A DNA stretch of 64,000 bases from Candidatus Parvarchaeum sp. (lineage in GTDB: Archaea; Nanobdellota; Nanobdellia; Pacearchaeales; GW2011-AR1), in the NCBI GenBank assembly GCA_020724955.1, contig DYFY01000001.1, positions 2,046 through 66,045 on the forward strand, read 5' to 3'. Below, piece by piece: positions 1-9,797 of this stretch. Each line of letters starts with the position of its first letter. The stretch's first letter is position 1. The notes beneath the pieces are model-generated. The model was not told where the DNA came from and did no database searches. It saw nothing but the letters and a program-made list of their open reading frames with translations. The position numbers and the translations under genes are program-made.

Positions 1-631
1 AAAGCAAAAATATAATTAAAATGATTATAAGGTATTTTAACCAATTTCTTTGTCTTTTTAGAATATTTATTCCCTCTTTTCCTAACCTCCATCCAAATTT
101 GATGGCAAAGAATAAAGAAGTTAAAATTAGAACTCCTCCTAATTTTATTATCCAAAGATTAATTTCATTCAGCTTTGTAGCATTAGAATAAAAAATATTA
201 AATCCGACTATAGAAGCAACAAAAATAAGTATTGTGGTTATCAGATAATTTGCTCTACTACTATAATCATATTTATAATGTTCTCGCTTTTTTAACCAAT
301 AAATTAAATCTTCATATTTTGTTAAAAAATAGTTTTTAACTTTGCTATTAAAATCTTGTTTTTTATTATTTCTTTTGGAATGAGATTTATATATGTCCTT
401 TCTGGGTCTTTCTATAATTTCTTCTGGTTTTTCATTTTCATATTGTTTGACTGATGAAAATATGGAAGCATCTCTCCATCTTTCAATATTTCTTTTCTTA
501 TATTCTTCTAAACCAATACAATCGTGAGACTCTGGTAATAAATGATTATGACAATGAATTTGACCACAAAATTTACATTTATGGGGTAAGACTCCATCTA
601 TCTTCTTGCCACAATAACTACATTCTGTCAT
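1..631 (-). CDS. AN1-type zinc-finger membrane protein (runs off window start)
   Basis: Not in the ORF track. Manual translation from ATG 631: MTECSYCGKKIDGVLPHKCKFCGQIHCHNHLLPESHDC (AN1 Zn finger), followed by hydrophobic segments. Confidence 0.8.
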   Translation of the reverse strand, partial: MTECSYCGKKIDGVLPHKCKFCGQIHCHNHLLPESHDCIGLEEYKKRNIERWRDASIFSSVKQYENEKPEEIIERPRKDIYKSHSKRNNKKQDFNSKVKNYFLTKYEDLIYWLKKREHYKYDYSSRANYLITTILIFVASIVGFNIFYSNATKLNEINLWIIKLGGVLILTSLFFAIKFGWRLGKEGINILKRQRNWLKYLIIILIIFLL

Positions 632-675
632 GAAAATAAGTAGATTAAATCAGTTTATTAAAATTGCTAAATTGA

Positions 676-1614
676 TTAAACCTTACTCATCTTAATCAAA
701 TCCAGCCACTTATTAACCCCTAATTCTAATTGAGGTATAGCAACTTCCGCAGGTGTCTTTTTGCCTAAAGACATATGTTTTCTATTAAAATTATAGTTAA
801 TTTCTAGACCTTTCATTATTGCGTGAGCAGATTCTAAACAACCATGAAAACCCCTCATGACCTTTGTTCTTTCTCTAATTGTATTATGCAATCTTTCAAT
901 AGGATAATTAAACCCTCTTTCATCTGCTATCACAACATTATGAACTATCTTACTTTTAGTTCTAGAAGAGGCATGATAAGGAGATTGTAAACTGAAGACT
1001 TTTCTTAATACTCTTGGATAGCCTCTTAATCCATCTGTTGTAACAATCTCAACTTGTTCTCCAACTTTAAACTTTGCTCTTTTCATAACTTTAATTAAAT
1101 TCTCATTAGTCCTACTTCTCATATATTCACCTGTTACCATAAATTTAGTTTCTACATCAAAAGCATCAACAAACCAATTCTGTTCTTTACCTTTCTGATA
1201 TTTACTTTTTCTTCTATAATATTCCATTTCATCGCTTTGCATTTCTTTCCCGCATTTTATTGGAATATTATCAATTAAGTTGCTGACCATTGTAGCATAT
1301 TTTACAATCCACCTATAAACTGACATATGGCTTGAATTATGAGGATAAAAAGCTTGAAAATGCTCTTGCACCTTTCTTAATGAAACGCCTTTGTAATATA
1401 AATCAATTCCAGCAGTAATTTTGTTCTCATTATTCCTCATTCTATAAAAACCATCATCAATAACAAATCTGAAGTTGCATTCATTACATCTATATCTTTG
1501 TATCTTTCCCCTGTTCTGCGTTTTTCTTTTACCATCTTTTTTAATCTGATTAAAATTACATTTAGGACAGATTACATTTTTATACTTCTGCTGAATTATA
1601 TCTTTGGATTTCAT
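676..1614 (-). mobile_element. IS6/IS1-like DDE transposase with N-terminal Zn ribbon
   Basis: CPKC..RYRCNEC Zn ribbon, HTH region (GVSLRKVQ..VYRW), DDE-like motifs (SDEM, TTDGLRGY, IERLHNTIRER), C-terminal KTPAE. Terminal repeats not identified. Confidence 0.85.
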
Positions 1615-1792
1615 TTTGGTTGGTAGCCGATTTGGAATCTAGAGGGCTTTACGCCCTCTTTATTTTTACTTAACTAATAACTAATTATATAAGTAAGTTA
1701 AACTATATAAATGTTTCGTTAACTAATTAGTAACTACATAGTTAATACTTTAGAAAGTAAGTTTTATAAAGAGCAAACCTCTATATTTAGAT

Positions 1793-1936
1793 ATGGCAGA
1801 AATAAAAATAGAAGTTAAAGGTTATAAATGTGAAAGGTGTAACCATGAGTGGATACCAAGAAAAAAAGAATATCCTACTTTATGCCCAAATTGTAAATCT
1901 GCTTATTGGGATAAACCAGCCAGGAAGAAGAAATAA
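1793..1936 (+). CDS. small Zn-ribbon protein (47 aa)
   Basis: Manual translation MAEIKIEVKGYKCERCNHEWIPRKKEYPTLCPNCKSAYWDKPARKKK; two CxxC pairs; TATA-like box upstream. Confidence 0.8.
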   Translation: MAEIKIEVKGYKCERCNHEWIPRKKEYPTLCPNCKSAYWDKPARKKK

Positions 1937-1961
1937 TTTTTTTGAGTCCAATAACTCCCGC

Positions 1962-2798
1962 TTACGTTACAATGTACCCGCCTTTTATTTTGCTTAGAGG
2001 AGTGAAATCCTTCCAGGCCGAGTTAAACATATGCCCCAAAGACTGCGCAAAAAAATCACTTGAAAGCCATACAGCTACGTCGTAGTTAGGGTGGACCTGT
2101 TTGTCGTCCAGCAGCATGAACATAAGCTGTTTATCATCTATAACGGCGAATCTTCCCAAAGATTTATTGTTGACTGACCTCACTTCAGCTACTTTGGATA
2201 GCTGTTTGGCGACCTTGTAGTTGCTTTCATTTATAGGCGCTGCAATTCTTATGTTTATTCCTCTTTTCCTGGCTTTTTCCATTGAAGGCATAAGCGCCTC
2301 CATTTTTCTGCTTAGACCATCTGCTGTTGTCACAATCACTGCATTTTTTTCTGCGTTGTTAATCATCATATCAAGATGGTTATACATATTTTGCCTGCCC
2401 TTTATGCTTCCGGATAAATCGGAAGGCTCCACGAACTTAATTCCATTTACAAACAGGCTGTTAAGCTCCTCTAGAACCTCATCACCCTTGAGCTTCTCAA
2501 GTCTTTTTGCTTTTTCATGAGCATCAACAACAAGATTCTTTTTCACTCTTTCTATGACTTCTTCTGGTTTTAGGGCGATAAACTTGATGGGTTTTCCCAG
2601 TTTCATCACAATGAATCCTTTTTTTTCAAGACTTTCAAGAATGTCATAAGTCCTAGATCTTGGAACATCAGAGATATTGCTTAATTCTCCAGCAGTGGAA
2701 ACTCCTCTGGACAGCAAGGAGGTCCAGACCTTGACCTCGTATAGGTTTAAGTCAAATATTTTTCTCAGCCTGCTTAAAAACTCTTCATTAACTATCAT
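1962..2798 (-). CDS. TrmB-family transcriptional regulator
   Basis: N-terminal wHTH (LNLYEVKVW..VPRSRTYDILESLEKKG) plus PLD-like effector domain. Confidence 0.92.
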   Translation of the reverse strand: MIVNEEFLSRLRKIFDLNLYEVKVWTSLLSRGVSTAGELSNISDVPRSRTYDILESLEKKGFIVMKLGKPIKFIALKPEEVIERVKKNLVVDAHEKAKRLEKLKGDEVLEELNSLFVNGIKFVEPSDLSGSIKGRQNMYNHLDMMINNAEKNAVIVTTADGLSRKMEALMPSMEKARKRGINIRIAAPINESNYKVAKQLSKVAEVRSVNNKSLGRFAVIDDKQLMFMLLDDKQVHPNYDVAVWLSSDFFAQSLGHMFNSAWKDFTPLSKIKGGYIVT

Positions 2799-2880
2799 CT
2801 TAATTTATAGCCTACCAAAGCCAGCTGAGTATTTAAATGTTTTTCCAGATTTGTTGCTACGGAATTACGAAACTTTCCGG

Positions 2881-5682
2881 TTAATTCAGCCTGCAGATTT
2901 TAATGCCAAACTCATGATTTTTGATTTTAAACTCGGCAAAACCATTTTTGTCGTCGGTAAATTCGATTTTTTTTGAGTTTGTTCTTTCTCTGATAAATTC
3001 AAGCTGATTTTTCAGCTTTTTTGCCATTTCAGAATCCGCATTTATATAAAGCTCTATCGGATTCTCTTTTTTAAGACCCATGTTTTTTCTTTCAGCCTGA
3101 ACTCTTCTGGCAATCTCTCTGGCAAAACCCTCTGCTTCGAGCTCGGGAGTTATTTTAGTGTCAAGCTCAACTTTTATTTCACTTGTTTTTTCTTTTTTCC
3201 AGACTATTTTTTTTATGTTAAGCTCATCAAGAATTATTTTTTCTAATTTGTTACTAAGCTTTATACCATAGACAGAGATTTTTAAAAGAGGTTGCCTAAC
3301 AGATATTCCATTTCTATCTCTTTCCTTCAGGGCTAAACTAACTAATTCTCTAGCCAAATCCATTTCTTTATTTAATTTATCATTTATTTTGTTGGTTTCA
3401 ACTTTAGGCCAGCTTTGTAGATGCACAGATCTTTTATACATTTTGAGATAGATAGACTCGGTCGAGAAAGGAAGAACAGGAGCAAGGACTCTACAAGTTT
3501 TCTCCAACACAATTTCTAACACTTTTTTAGCTTCACCAGCTTCATCACTATTAAATCTATCTCTGCTTCTTCTTAAATACCAAGTAGATAAGTCCTCTAT
3601 AAATTTTCTAATGTGTCTAGTAGCGTTCACGCTATCGTATTCATTAAGGGATTTTTCTACATCTCTATTTAGCTCGTTTAGTCTGGATATTATCCATTCA
3701 TCCAAGATATTTTTTGATCTAACAATTTTGGCAGATCTGATGTCTGAATTCATAGAGTAAAAGTTGCTTACATTGTAAAGAAGCAAGAGAACTTTCTTAT
3801 ATATCTCCTCCACACCTTTCTCAGAAAACCTCACATCTTCGGATTTCATAACTGGAGAATCCAGAAAATAAAATCTCAACGCATCCGCTCCAAATTTCTC
3901 AATCATTTTCATTGGATCCGGGAAATTACCTTTTGACTTGCTCATTTTTTCTCCATCTTCAGCTAAAATATTCCCAGTAGTTAAAACATTTAGAAAGGGA
4001 GGTTTTCCAAATACTAGTGAAGACACGACGAGGCTATAATAGAACCATGTTCTAGTTTGAGCTATATATTCTGAAACAAAATCTCCTGGAAAGTTATTCT
4101 CGAACCATTTCTTATTCTCCATTGGGTAATGAACCTGGGCAAAAGGCATAGATCCAGATTCAAACCAACAGTCCATAACTTCAGAAACTCTGCTCATAGA
4201 CTTTCCACATTTACACTTAAGTCTCACTTTATCCATCATATGTTTGTGTAAATCTAATTTAGGTGGAAGATTAATTGCTTCTTTCTTAAGTTCAGCCACA
4301 CTTCCAATAACTTTTATTTCTCCACAATCACATTTCCATATAGGGATTACAGAAGCCCAATACCTATTTCTAGAAATGTTCCAGTCAGGCGCACTTTCCA
4401 AATTTTTTCTAAATCTTCCTTCTTTAAGATAATGCGGAAACCAATTTATCTTTTCGTTATTCTTTAACAATAATTTTTTCATTTTTTGTATATCGATAAA
4501 CCAGGAGGGGAGCAAGGCATAGAATAAAGGAGTGTTACACCGATAACAGAAGGGATAAGAATGGAGATGCTTTTCTTTTTTGTACAATAGGTTTCTCGAC
4601 TCTAAATCTTCTATAACTTCTTTATCAACATCCTTAAACCATTTGCCTATCCATTTTCTAGGCCCCAAATTTAATTTTCCCTCTTTACCTATGTGTTCTA
4701 TCAGGGGAAGATCATATTTCTTAATCATTTCATAATCAAATTCCCCGTAAGCAGCCATATGTACTATTCCTGTTCCGTCTATAGTGCTAACGCCATCTCC
4801 TCCAGAGATTACATAATAGCCTCTCTTTTCTGTTGGAATATTATAAAGGGGTTCATATTCTGTATCTTCTAAATCAGAGCCTTTAAATTCAGACAATATT
4901 TTGTATTCCCCAGTTAGTTCATTTAATCTTTCTGTTGCAAGAATGTAGACTTCACCTTTGTTCTTGATTTTAACATATTTGGCACCGGGGTTTACTGCCA
5001 AAGCAGCATTTCCTACTAGAGTCCAAGGTGTAGTAGTCCAAGCTAGGAGGAACTCATCTTTGTTTTTAATTTTAAATTTAACAACGACACTTTCTTCTTT
5101 AATATTCTTGTAGCTGTTATCCATGGCAATCTCTGCATTTGCAAGAGGAGTTTCGCATCTAGGACAATAAAGCAGCACTTTTCGGCCTTCGTAAATTAAA
5201 CCCTTCTTCCATATTTCTTTAAATGCCCACCAAACAGACTCCATATATTTATTGTCCATTGTTTTGTAAGATTTATCGAATTCAACCCATCTACCAAGTC
5301 TTTCTATTGTGTTTTTCCATTCATTAGCATAGCCTAAAACCATTTTTCTGCAACTTTCACAGAATTTATCCACACCATAACGCTCTATATCTTTTTTAGA
5401 TTTAAACCCGAGTTTTTTTTCAGCTATATTTTCAACGGGAAGCCCATGACAATCCCATCCCCAAACTCTTTCAACTTTATACCCTTTCATTGTCCAGAAC
5501 CGGGGTATGGTGTCTTTTATTGTGCTAGCTAACAGATGTCCATAATGTGGCAATCCAGTGGCAAACGGAGGCCCGTCATAAAAAACAAAGCTTTTCTTTT
5601 TTCCAACTAAAGATTTCTGAAAAGTTTTATCTTTTTTCCAGAATTTCAAAACTTCAAGTTCTCTGGAGCTCACATCAACCAT
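2881..5682 (-). CDS. ileS: isoleucine--tRNA ligase (archaeal/eukaryote-like type)
   Basis: DGPPFATGLPHYGH (HIGH motif), GWDCHGLP, WTTTPWT, DWNISRNRYW, KMSKS. Confidence 0.98.
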   Translation of the reverse strand: MVDVSSRELEVLKFWKKDKTFQKSLVGKKKSFVFYDGPPFATGLPHYGHLLASTIKDTIPRFWTMKGYKVERVWGWDCHGLPVENIAEKKLGFKSKKDIERYGVDKFCESCRKMVLGYANEWKNTIERLGRWVEFDKSYKTMDNKYMESVWWAFKEIWKKGLIYEGRKVLLYCPRCETPLANAEIAMDNSYKNIKEESVVVKFKIKNKDEFLLAWTTTPWTLVGNAALAVNPGAKYVKIKNKGEVYILATERLNELTGEYKILSEFKGSDLEDTEYEPLYNIPTEKRGYYVISGGDGVSTIDGTGIVHMAAYGEFDYEMIKKYDLPLIEHIGKEGKLNLGPRKWIGKWFKDVDKEVIEDLESRNLLYKKEKHLHSYPFCYRCNTPLFYALLPSWFIDIQKMKKLLLKNNEKINWFPHYLKEGRFRKNLESAPDWNISRNRYWASVIPIWKCDCGEIKVIGSVAELKKEAINLPPKLDLHKHMMDKVRLKCKCGKSMSRVSEVMDCWFESGSMPFAQVHYPMENKKWFENNFPGDFVSEYIAQTRTWFYYSLVVSSLVFGKPPFLNVLTTGNILAEDGEKMSKSKGNFPDPMKMIEKFGADALRFYFLDSPVMKSEDVRFSEKGVEEIYKKVLLLLYNVSNFYSMNSDIRSAKIVRSKNILDEWIISRLNELNRDVEKSLNEYDSVNATRHIRKFIEDLSTWYLRRSRDRFNSDEAGEAKKVLEIVLEKTCRVLAPVLPFSTESIYLKMYKRSVHLQSWPKVETNKINDKLNKEMDLARELVSLALKERDRNGISVRQPLLKISVYGIKLSNKLEKIILDELNIKKIVWKKEKTSEIKVELDTKITPELEAEGFAREIARRVQAERKNMGLKKENPIELYINADSEMAKKLKNQLEFIRERTNSKKIEFTDDKNGFAEFKIKNHEFGIKICRLN

Positions 5683-5712
5683 ACAAATATTCAGAACAAA
5701 GCCTTTTATATC

Positions 5713-5964
5713 TTACTTTTGCCATTTTTCATTGAAGCTTTTTTCTAAAGCAGTGAAGGACACCAGGATAATAAAGCTTGAGACAAGAGTTATCTCGGTT
5801 TTTCCTGAAATCCCTCCTATGAATCCCGCTATTAGTGAAGATACCGAGATAGCCTTAAACCAGAACCTTCCGTTAACCAGCTCGTCTCTGGAAAGCCATG
5901 AAATGTACAGACCGACTGGAACAGACAGGGAAAGCAGCAATAAAACAATTAGATTTTCTTTCAT
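5713..5964 (-). CDS. small membrane protein
   Basis: 83 aa with three hydrophobic helices; co-oriented and overlapping with neighbour. Confidence 0.7.
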   Translation of the reverse strand: MKENLIVLLLLSLSVPVGLYISWLSRDELVNGRFWFKAISVSSLIAGFIGGISGKTEITLVSSFIILVSFTALEKSFNEKWQK

Positions 5965-6737
5965 TTTCTGCTTTTCTTTTTACCTCTTTTTTCAGCCTTC
6001 TTTTTTTTGGAAAATACAATAAAAAGTATCAATCCTATAAACACAAAGACTGCTCCGATAACAAAGGTTGTTAAGAGGTAGGCGTGAATATTTGATGCAA
6101 GTCCGTCAATCAGGGAAGATATATTGCCTGGAATTGTGCCGATTCCGGATTCGGCAAGACCTTGCTTTATTGCCAGGAGAATATTGGCTTTTACGCCTTC
6201 AACTGCAATGAATCCTGCTCCGACCGATAAGGCAGATACACCTATAATTAACATTGATATTACAGGAACAATAAAGGAGATGGCAAGCGCTAAAACCATA
6301 GAGGCGATGCCAAACACCCAGGACAGCATTTTTACCAATTTTAGCTTGCTTTCAATTCCCAGACTTTCTATTTTTGCAACAATGTCTTTTTTTATTTCTT
6401 CCTTAACGAGCTCTTTAAATTCAGACTTTCCAGCTTCTTCAAGCTCAGAGCAGTTGATTTTTATTTTAATCTCCTCATCTTCATTTCCGAAAAAGACTCT
6501 GTCCGCGCTTTTGCATTTTTCCAGCAGGTTTCCTGCAATATTATTAAAATCAGTATCATTGAATTCTGCTTCCACAACATCTTCGACCGCTGCGTCGACA
6601 ACTTCTTCTACAAGCCCGTTGATGTTTTTTTCTTCAATGACTGATGATATTGAGCTGAGAGAAACAAAAGCCGCCAGACTGAAAGCTAGCAAAACTCCAA
6701 GGAAAATTGCTGTCAGGGTTTTGAAAATCCACTCCAT
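5961..6737 (-). CDS. hypothetical membrane protein
   Basis: N-terminal TM, acidic soluble domain, C-terminal TMs, basic tail. Confidence 0.75.
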   Translation of the reverse strand: MEWIFKTLTAIFLGVLLAFSLAAFVSLSSISSVIEEKNINGLVEEVVDAAVEDVVEAEFNDTDFNNIAGNLLEKCKSADRVFFGNEDEEIKIKINCSELEEAGKSEFKELVKEEIKKDIVAKIESLGIESKLKLVKMLSWVFGIASMVLALAISFIVPVISMLIIGVSALSVGAGFIAVEGVKANILLAIKQGLAESGIGTIPGNISSLIDGLASNIHAYLLTTFVIGAVFVFIGLILFIVFSKKKKAEKRGKKKSRK

Positions 6738-7007
6738 TTAATCCAGCTTGTCTATCTTTTTTGCAAGCTCAAAATCCTTTTCAGTAAGGCTGTTTTCAGA
6801 ATGGGTAAAAATTTTGAGTTTTACCTTATTATAGCTGATGATTATGTCCGGATGATGCCCTGCTTCTTCGGATATTTCACCGACTTTGTTGACAAAAATC
6901 AACGCCTCTTTGAAATTTGAGAACTCAAATACTTTGCATATTGAACTGTTTTCCAAGCTCCAATTTTTTAGATTTCCAAGCTCCAATGTAATTTTTTTCA
7001 GCTCCAT
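6738..7007 (-). CDS. phhB: pterin-4-alpha-carbinolamine dehydratase
   Basis: F..ALIFVNKVG..EEAGHHPDI..THS..LTEKDFELA signature. Confidence 0.93.
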   Translation of the reverse strand: MELKKITLELGNLKNWSLENSSICKVFEFSNFKEALIFVNKVGEISEEAGHHPDIIISYNKVKLKIFTHSENSLTEKDFELAKKIDKLD

Positions 7008-7694
7008 TTACTTTCCTATTATTTTTTTAAGCCTGAGAGCTTCTTTTTTTTCTTCTTCGGCGTGTTTCTTTATACTTTTAAGCTCTTTTTCCTTGGCCTT
7101 GAGCTGTCTTTTCAGCTCTTCAATCTGGTATTTCTCCTCTTTTATATTCCTTATTTTCTCTTTTTTCTTTTCTCTCTCAATGTATTTGAAAAGTTTTCTG
7201 GCAGGGAGCTTTAGCAAATTGAATATTATTGAAAGCCCGAGCACTATTATTATCAAAGAAACAAGCATCTCAAAGTTGCTCGGCAGTTTGGAATATACAA
7301 ATAAAATTATCGCAAAGGCAGACAAATTGATTGTCATGGGAGAGCTGATGTATTTTGCAAATCTTTCCGGCAGGATATGCTCAAAGTTGAACCTCAGCAG
7401 AATTGAGCCTATTAGAAGCAGAAAAACTGCGGCGAGGCTTTTGCTTTGATAATAAATGAAATTTACGGCTCCGGCATTGTCTATGCTATGTATATATCTC
7501 AAAAGACCCATGGAGACAAAAATCAAAACAAGTGAGTTGGTGAGGTATGTGTTCCATCCCGGGTTTTCGTCGCTGTATCTTCCGAAATAAAGAATAATCA
7601 GCAGTGTAGCGAATACAAGTGGAATTACGTTCCAAAGCACTTCAGGCTCAAAGGTCAGAGCCAGCAAGCTTAGAATAGTTTCATATAAAGCCAT
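7008..7694 (-). CDS. hypothetical multi-pass membrane protein with C-terminal coiled coil
   Basis: About six TM segments followed by an E/K-rich helix. Confidence 0.75.
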   Translation of the reverse strand: MALYETILSLLALTFEPEVLWNVIPLVFATLLIILYFGRYSDENPGWNTYLTNSLVLIFVSMGLLRYIHSIDNAGAVNFIYYQSKSLAAVFLLLIGSILLRFNFEHILPERFAKYISSPMTINLSAFAIILFVYSKLPSNFEMLVSLIIIVLGLSIIFNLLKLPARKLFKYIEREKKKEKIRNIKEEKYQIEELKRQLKAKEKELKSIKKHAEEEKKEALRLKKIIGK

Positions 7695-7987
7695 CTTAAT
7701 CGGTTAAGAAAGTGAATGTTTATACTTAAATGTTTTCAGGCATCTTATTTATGGATTCTTCTGTATCAAAATCAATTTTATGTTTCTATCTTTGCTCCGT
7801 TAGTTTCTCGTCAGCACTTCCAAACATAGGAAATTTACAATAGATAAAGTTAGTTGTTTTTGTCCCACTTAGCAACTTCTAACTAAACATTCGGGACTTA
7901 TCAACTTATTGGAGAAAACAGCAAACCACTATTTTAATTGAAAAAGAATAGGCAAAACATTAATTTTTACTGCAAAGATTTAAATAT

Positions 7988-8010
7988 TTGTAGCTACAAT
8001 AGTAATACTA
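7988..8010. promoter_or_regulatory. palindromic operator (TTGTAGCTACAA and TAGTAATACTA)
   Basis: Perfect 12-bp palindrome and adjacent 11-bp palindrome between the TATA box and the RHH start codon. Confidence 0.6.
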
Positions 8011-8258
8011 TGGTAATGGATACAATTCAGGTAAGGTTGGGTCCAGGTCTTGTAAAGAAAATAGATGAATTAGTTGGAACTGGAGTTTATTCTAGTCGGT
8101 CGGATGTATTGAGGGACGCTGTCAGAAGGCTTGTTTTAGATAAATTAGCGGGAGTAATTTCTGGAAAAGAAGATTCAATAAAACAAATAAAGAATATACG
8201 AAAGAATTTATCTAAAGAGAAGTTTGATTTGGATGAAATAAACTCGCTTGCAGATTAA
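8010..8258 (+). CDS. ribbon-helix-helix (CopG/Arc) protein, probable antitoxin
   Basis: IQVRLGPGLVKKIDELVGTGVYSSRSDVLRDAVR; ATG at 8010 preferred over upstream TTG. Confidence 0.85.
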   Translation: MVMDTIQVRLGPGLVKKIDELVGTGVYSSRSDVLRDAVRRLVLDKLAGVISGKEDSIKQIKNIRKNLSKEKFDLDEINSLAD

Positions 8259-8680
8259 ACTTCTTCCGGTTTTGAAACTTTCACATGTTTTTTGGCGAAA
8301 ATTATTAACTCTTCATCTCTTGTTATAAGATTTAAATTTAATCTCTTAGCGATTGCAATATGAATATAATCATAAAAACTTAGAGAATTATCCTCTTTCT
8401 CCCATTTTCTTGCAAGATCATAATCTTCTGGATATGTTTTGATAATTTTAACACATTCGGATTCTTTCAGAAAATCCTTAATCGGTTTAAATTTGTTTCT
8501 TGCCACAAAATAAATTTCTTTTAAGGCTATACTGGAAACTATTATTTTCTCATTGTTTTCCTCAACTTTCTCAATAAAATTCCTGGCAGATTTCCAGTAA
8601 GGCTTGTTCTTTTCTGGACCTGTTTCTTTTTTGAATAAATTAAGCCAAATACAAGTGTCTAAATAATAGTCAGTCTTCAT
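8255..8680 (-). CDS. PIN-domain (VapC-like) protein
   Basis: YYLDTCIW, KEI, SFYDYIHIAIA, ITRD acidic PIN motifs. Confidence 0.9.
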   Translation of the reverse strand: MKTDYYLDTCIWLNLFKKETGPEKNKPYWKSARNFIEKVEENNEKIIVSSIALKEIYFVARNKFKPIKDFLKESECVKIIKTYPEDYDLARKWEKEDNSLSFYDYIHIAIAKRLNLNLITRDEELIIFAKKHVKVSKPEEV

Positions 8681-8773
8681 TTAGGTACAAGAAACCACAA
8701 TTTAATAAAACTAATCTTGTAGTTCAGACTCTCGGTTTTTCCAAAATAAATATTTAGCGATAGTAAAAAGTGA

Positions 8774-8857
8774 CGCCCGGACCAGGATTTGAACCTGGGA
8801 ATCCACGAGGGAAACGGGATTAGCAATCCCGCGCCGTAACCACTGGGCCATCCGGGC
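8774..8857 (-). tRNA. tRNA-Ser(GCT)
   Basis: Cloverleaf GCCCGGA..CGGGA-TT-GCT-AA-TCCCG, long variable arm, GTTCAAATCC, G73. Confidence 0.96.
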
Positions 8858-8914
8858 ACAACTTATTAGGACAGAATTAGCTTTTAAATATTGCCCAGGC
8901 AAAACTCACGAAGT

Positions 8915-9298
8915 TTACTTTCTCTTCTTATTAGGAAACGCCCATTTTCCAAGACCAAAAGCATACATCACAATTAACGATACGAATATCAGCAAATCTC
9001 TTTCCAGTCCGGAGCCAATTCCTCTTTCCATTGAGCCGGGTATTTGAACTCCGAGCAGAGCCACTATTATTACTGCAAACAACGGATATATTATGTAAGG
9101 GAACCATAAGCCGATAATTAACAAGATTCCGAACACTACTTCCACTATCCCGACCAACATTCCAATTTCTCCGGGAAGCCCTAAAAGAGCCGGAGAGCTT
9201 CCTATTTTGGGATATCCATGCCAGACAAAAACAAGCCCAACCAGAACTCTAAGCAAAAATAATGAAATTCCTTTCACAGACTCTTTATTGCTCGGCAT
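8915..9298 (-). CDS. DoxX-family membrane protein
   Basis: LLRVLVGLVFVWHGYPK..VEVVFGILLIIG pattern. Confidence 0.85.
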   Translation of the reverse strand: MPSNKESVKGISLFLLRVLVGLVFVWHGYPKIGSSPALLGLPGEIGMLVGIVEVVFGILLIIGLWFPYIIYPLFAVIIVALLGVQIPGSMERGIGSGLERDLLIFVSLIVMYAFGLGKWAFPNKKRK

Positions 9299-9408
9299 GT
9301 AGCGGAGAGCTTTTCGGACTTTTTATATCTTTTTGTTTTTTAAATAAGAGCGCTTAAAATTGCACAAAAAAGCCAGTCTTACTGAATATGAAACAAAGAT
9401 GATCTTCT

Positions 9409-9651
9409 TTATTTTTCATATTTGTTTTCTTTCAGCTTTTTTTCAGCCCTTTCAATCATATTCTTCTTCAGACCTATGAACACACCGCCGTCCTTTCCGC
9501 CGACGTAAGTGTTTTCTCCTGATTTTATTATTTTGTTTAATTCAGGGAGCTCTATATCAATGTGAGTTACACTGGCATTTGATTTGCCTTTCAGGTGCAG
9601 ATAAACATCTGCTTTTCCGATTTTTATTTTTCCTTCTCCAGGTCCTGACAT
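9409..9651 (-). CDS. conserved-looking hypothetical protein (80 aa)
   Basis: Coding-like composition, TATA box upstream; no family recognised. Confidence 0.7.
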   Translation of the reverse strand: MSGPGEGKIKIGKADVYLHLKGKSNASVTHIDIELPELNKIIKSGENTYVGGKDGGVFIGLKKNMIERAEKKLKENKYEK

Positions 9652-9703
9652 AAATTAAGCAGGACGCTAAAGTTTAAAAGTGCTTCTTTGCCATTAATAT
9701 TGC

Positions 9704-9779
9704 AGCGGGGTGGAGTAGCCTGGTTAACTCGCGAGGCCCATAACCTCGAGATCGCGGTGTTCAAATCCCGCCCCCGCTA
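9704..9779 (+). tRNA. initiator tRNA-Met(CAT), atypical
   Basis: A1-U72 acceptor AGCGGGG/CCCCGCT; anticodon arm CGAGG-CC-CAT-AA-CCTCG; TTCAAAT T-loop. Confidence 0.9.
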
Positions 9780-9797
9780 TATGAAAAAAGGAGTGAG

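Noticed and set aside
1940-1955. TTGAGTCCAAT as a terminal repeat of the transposase element
   Set aside because: Wrong orientation and no matching partner at the other side of the transposase.
6124-7449. Long antisense ORFs (6124-6741, 6886-7449; similarly 20177, 22970, 56600, 57464)
   Set aside because: Ser/Phe-rich shadows of real genes on the opposite strand.
8677-8902. ORFs 8677-8859 and 8711-8902
   Set aside because: They read through tRNA-Ser(GCT) and are spurious.
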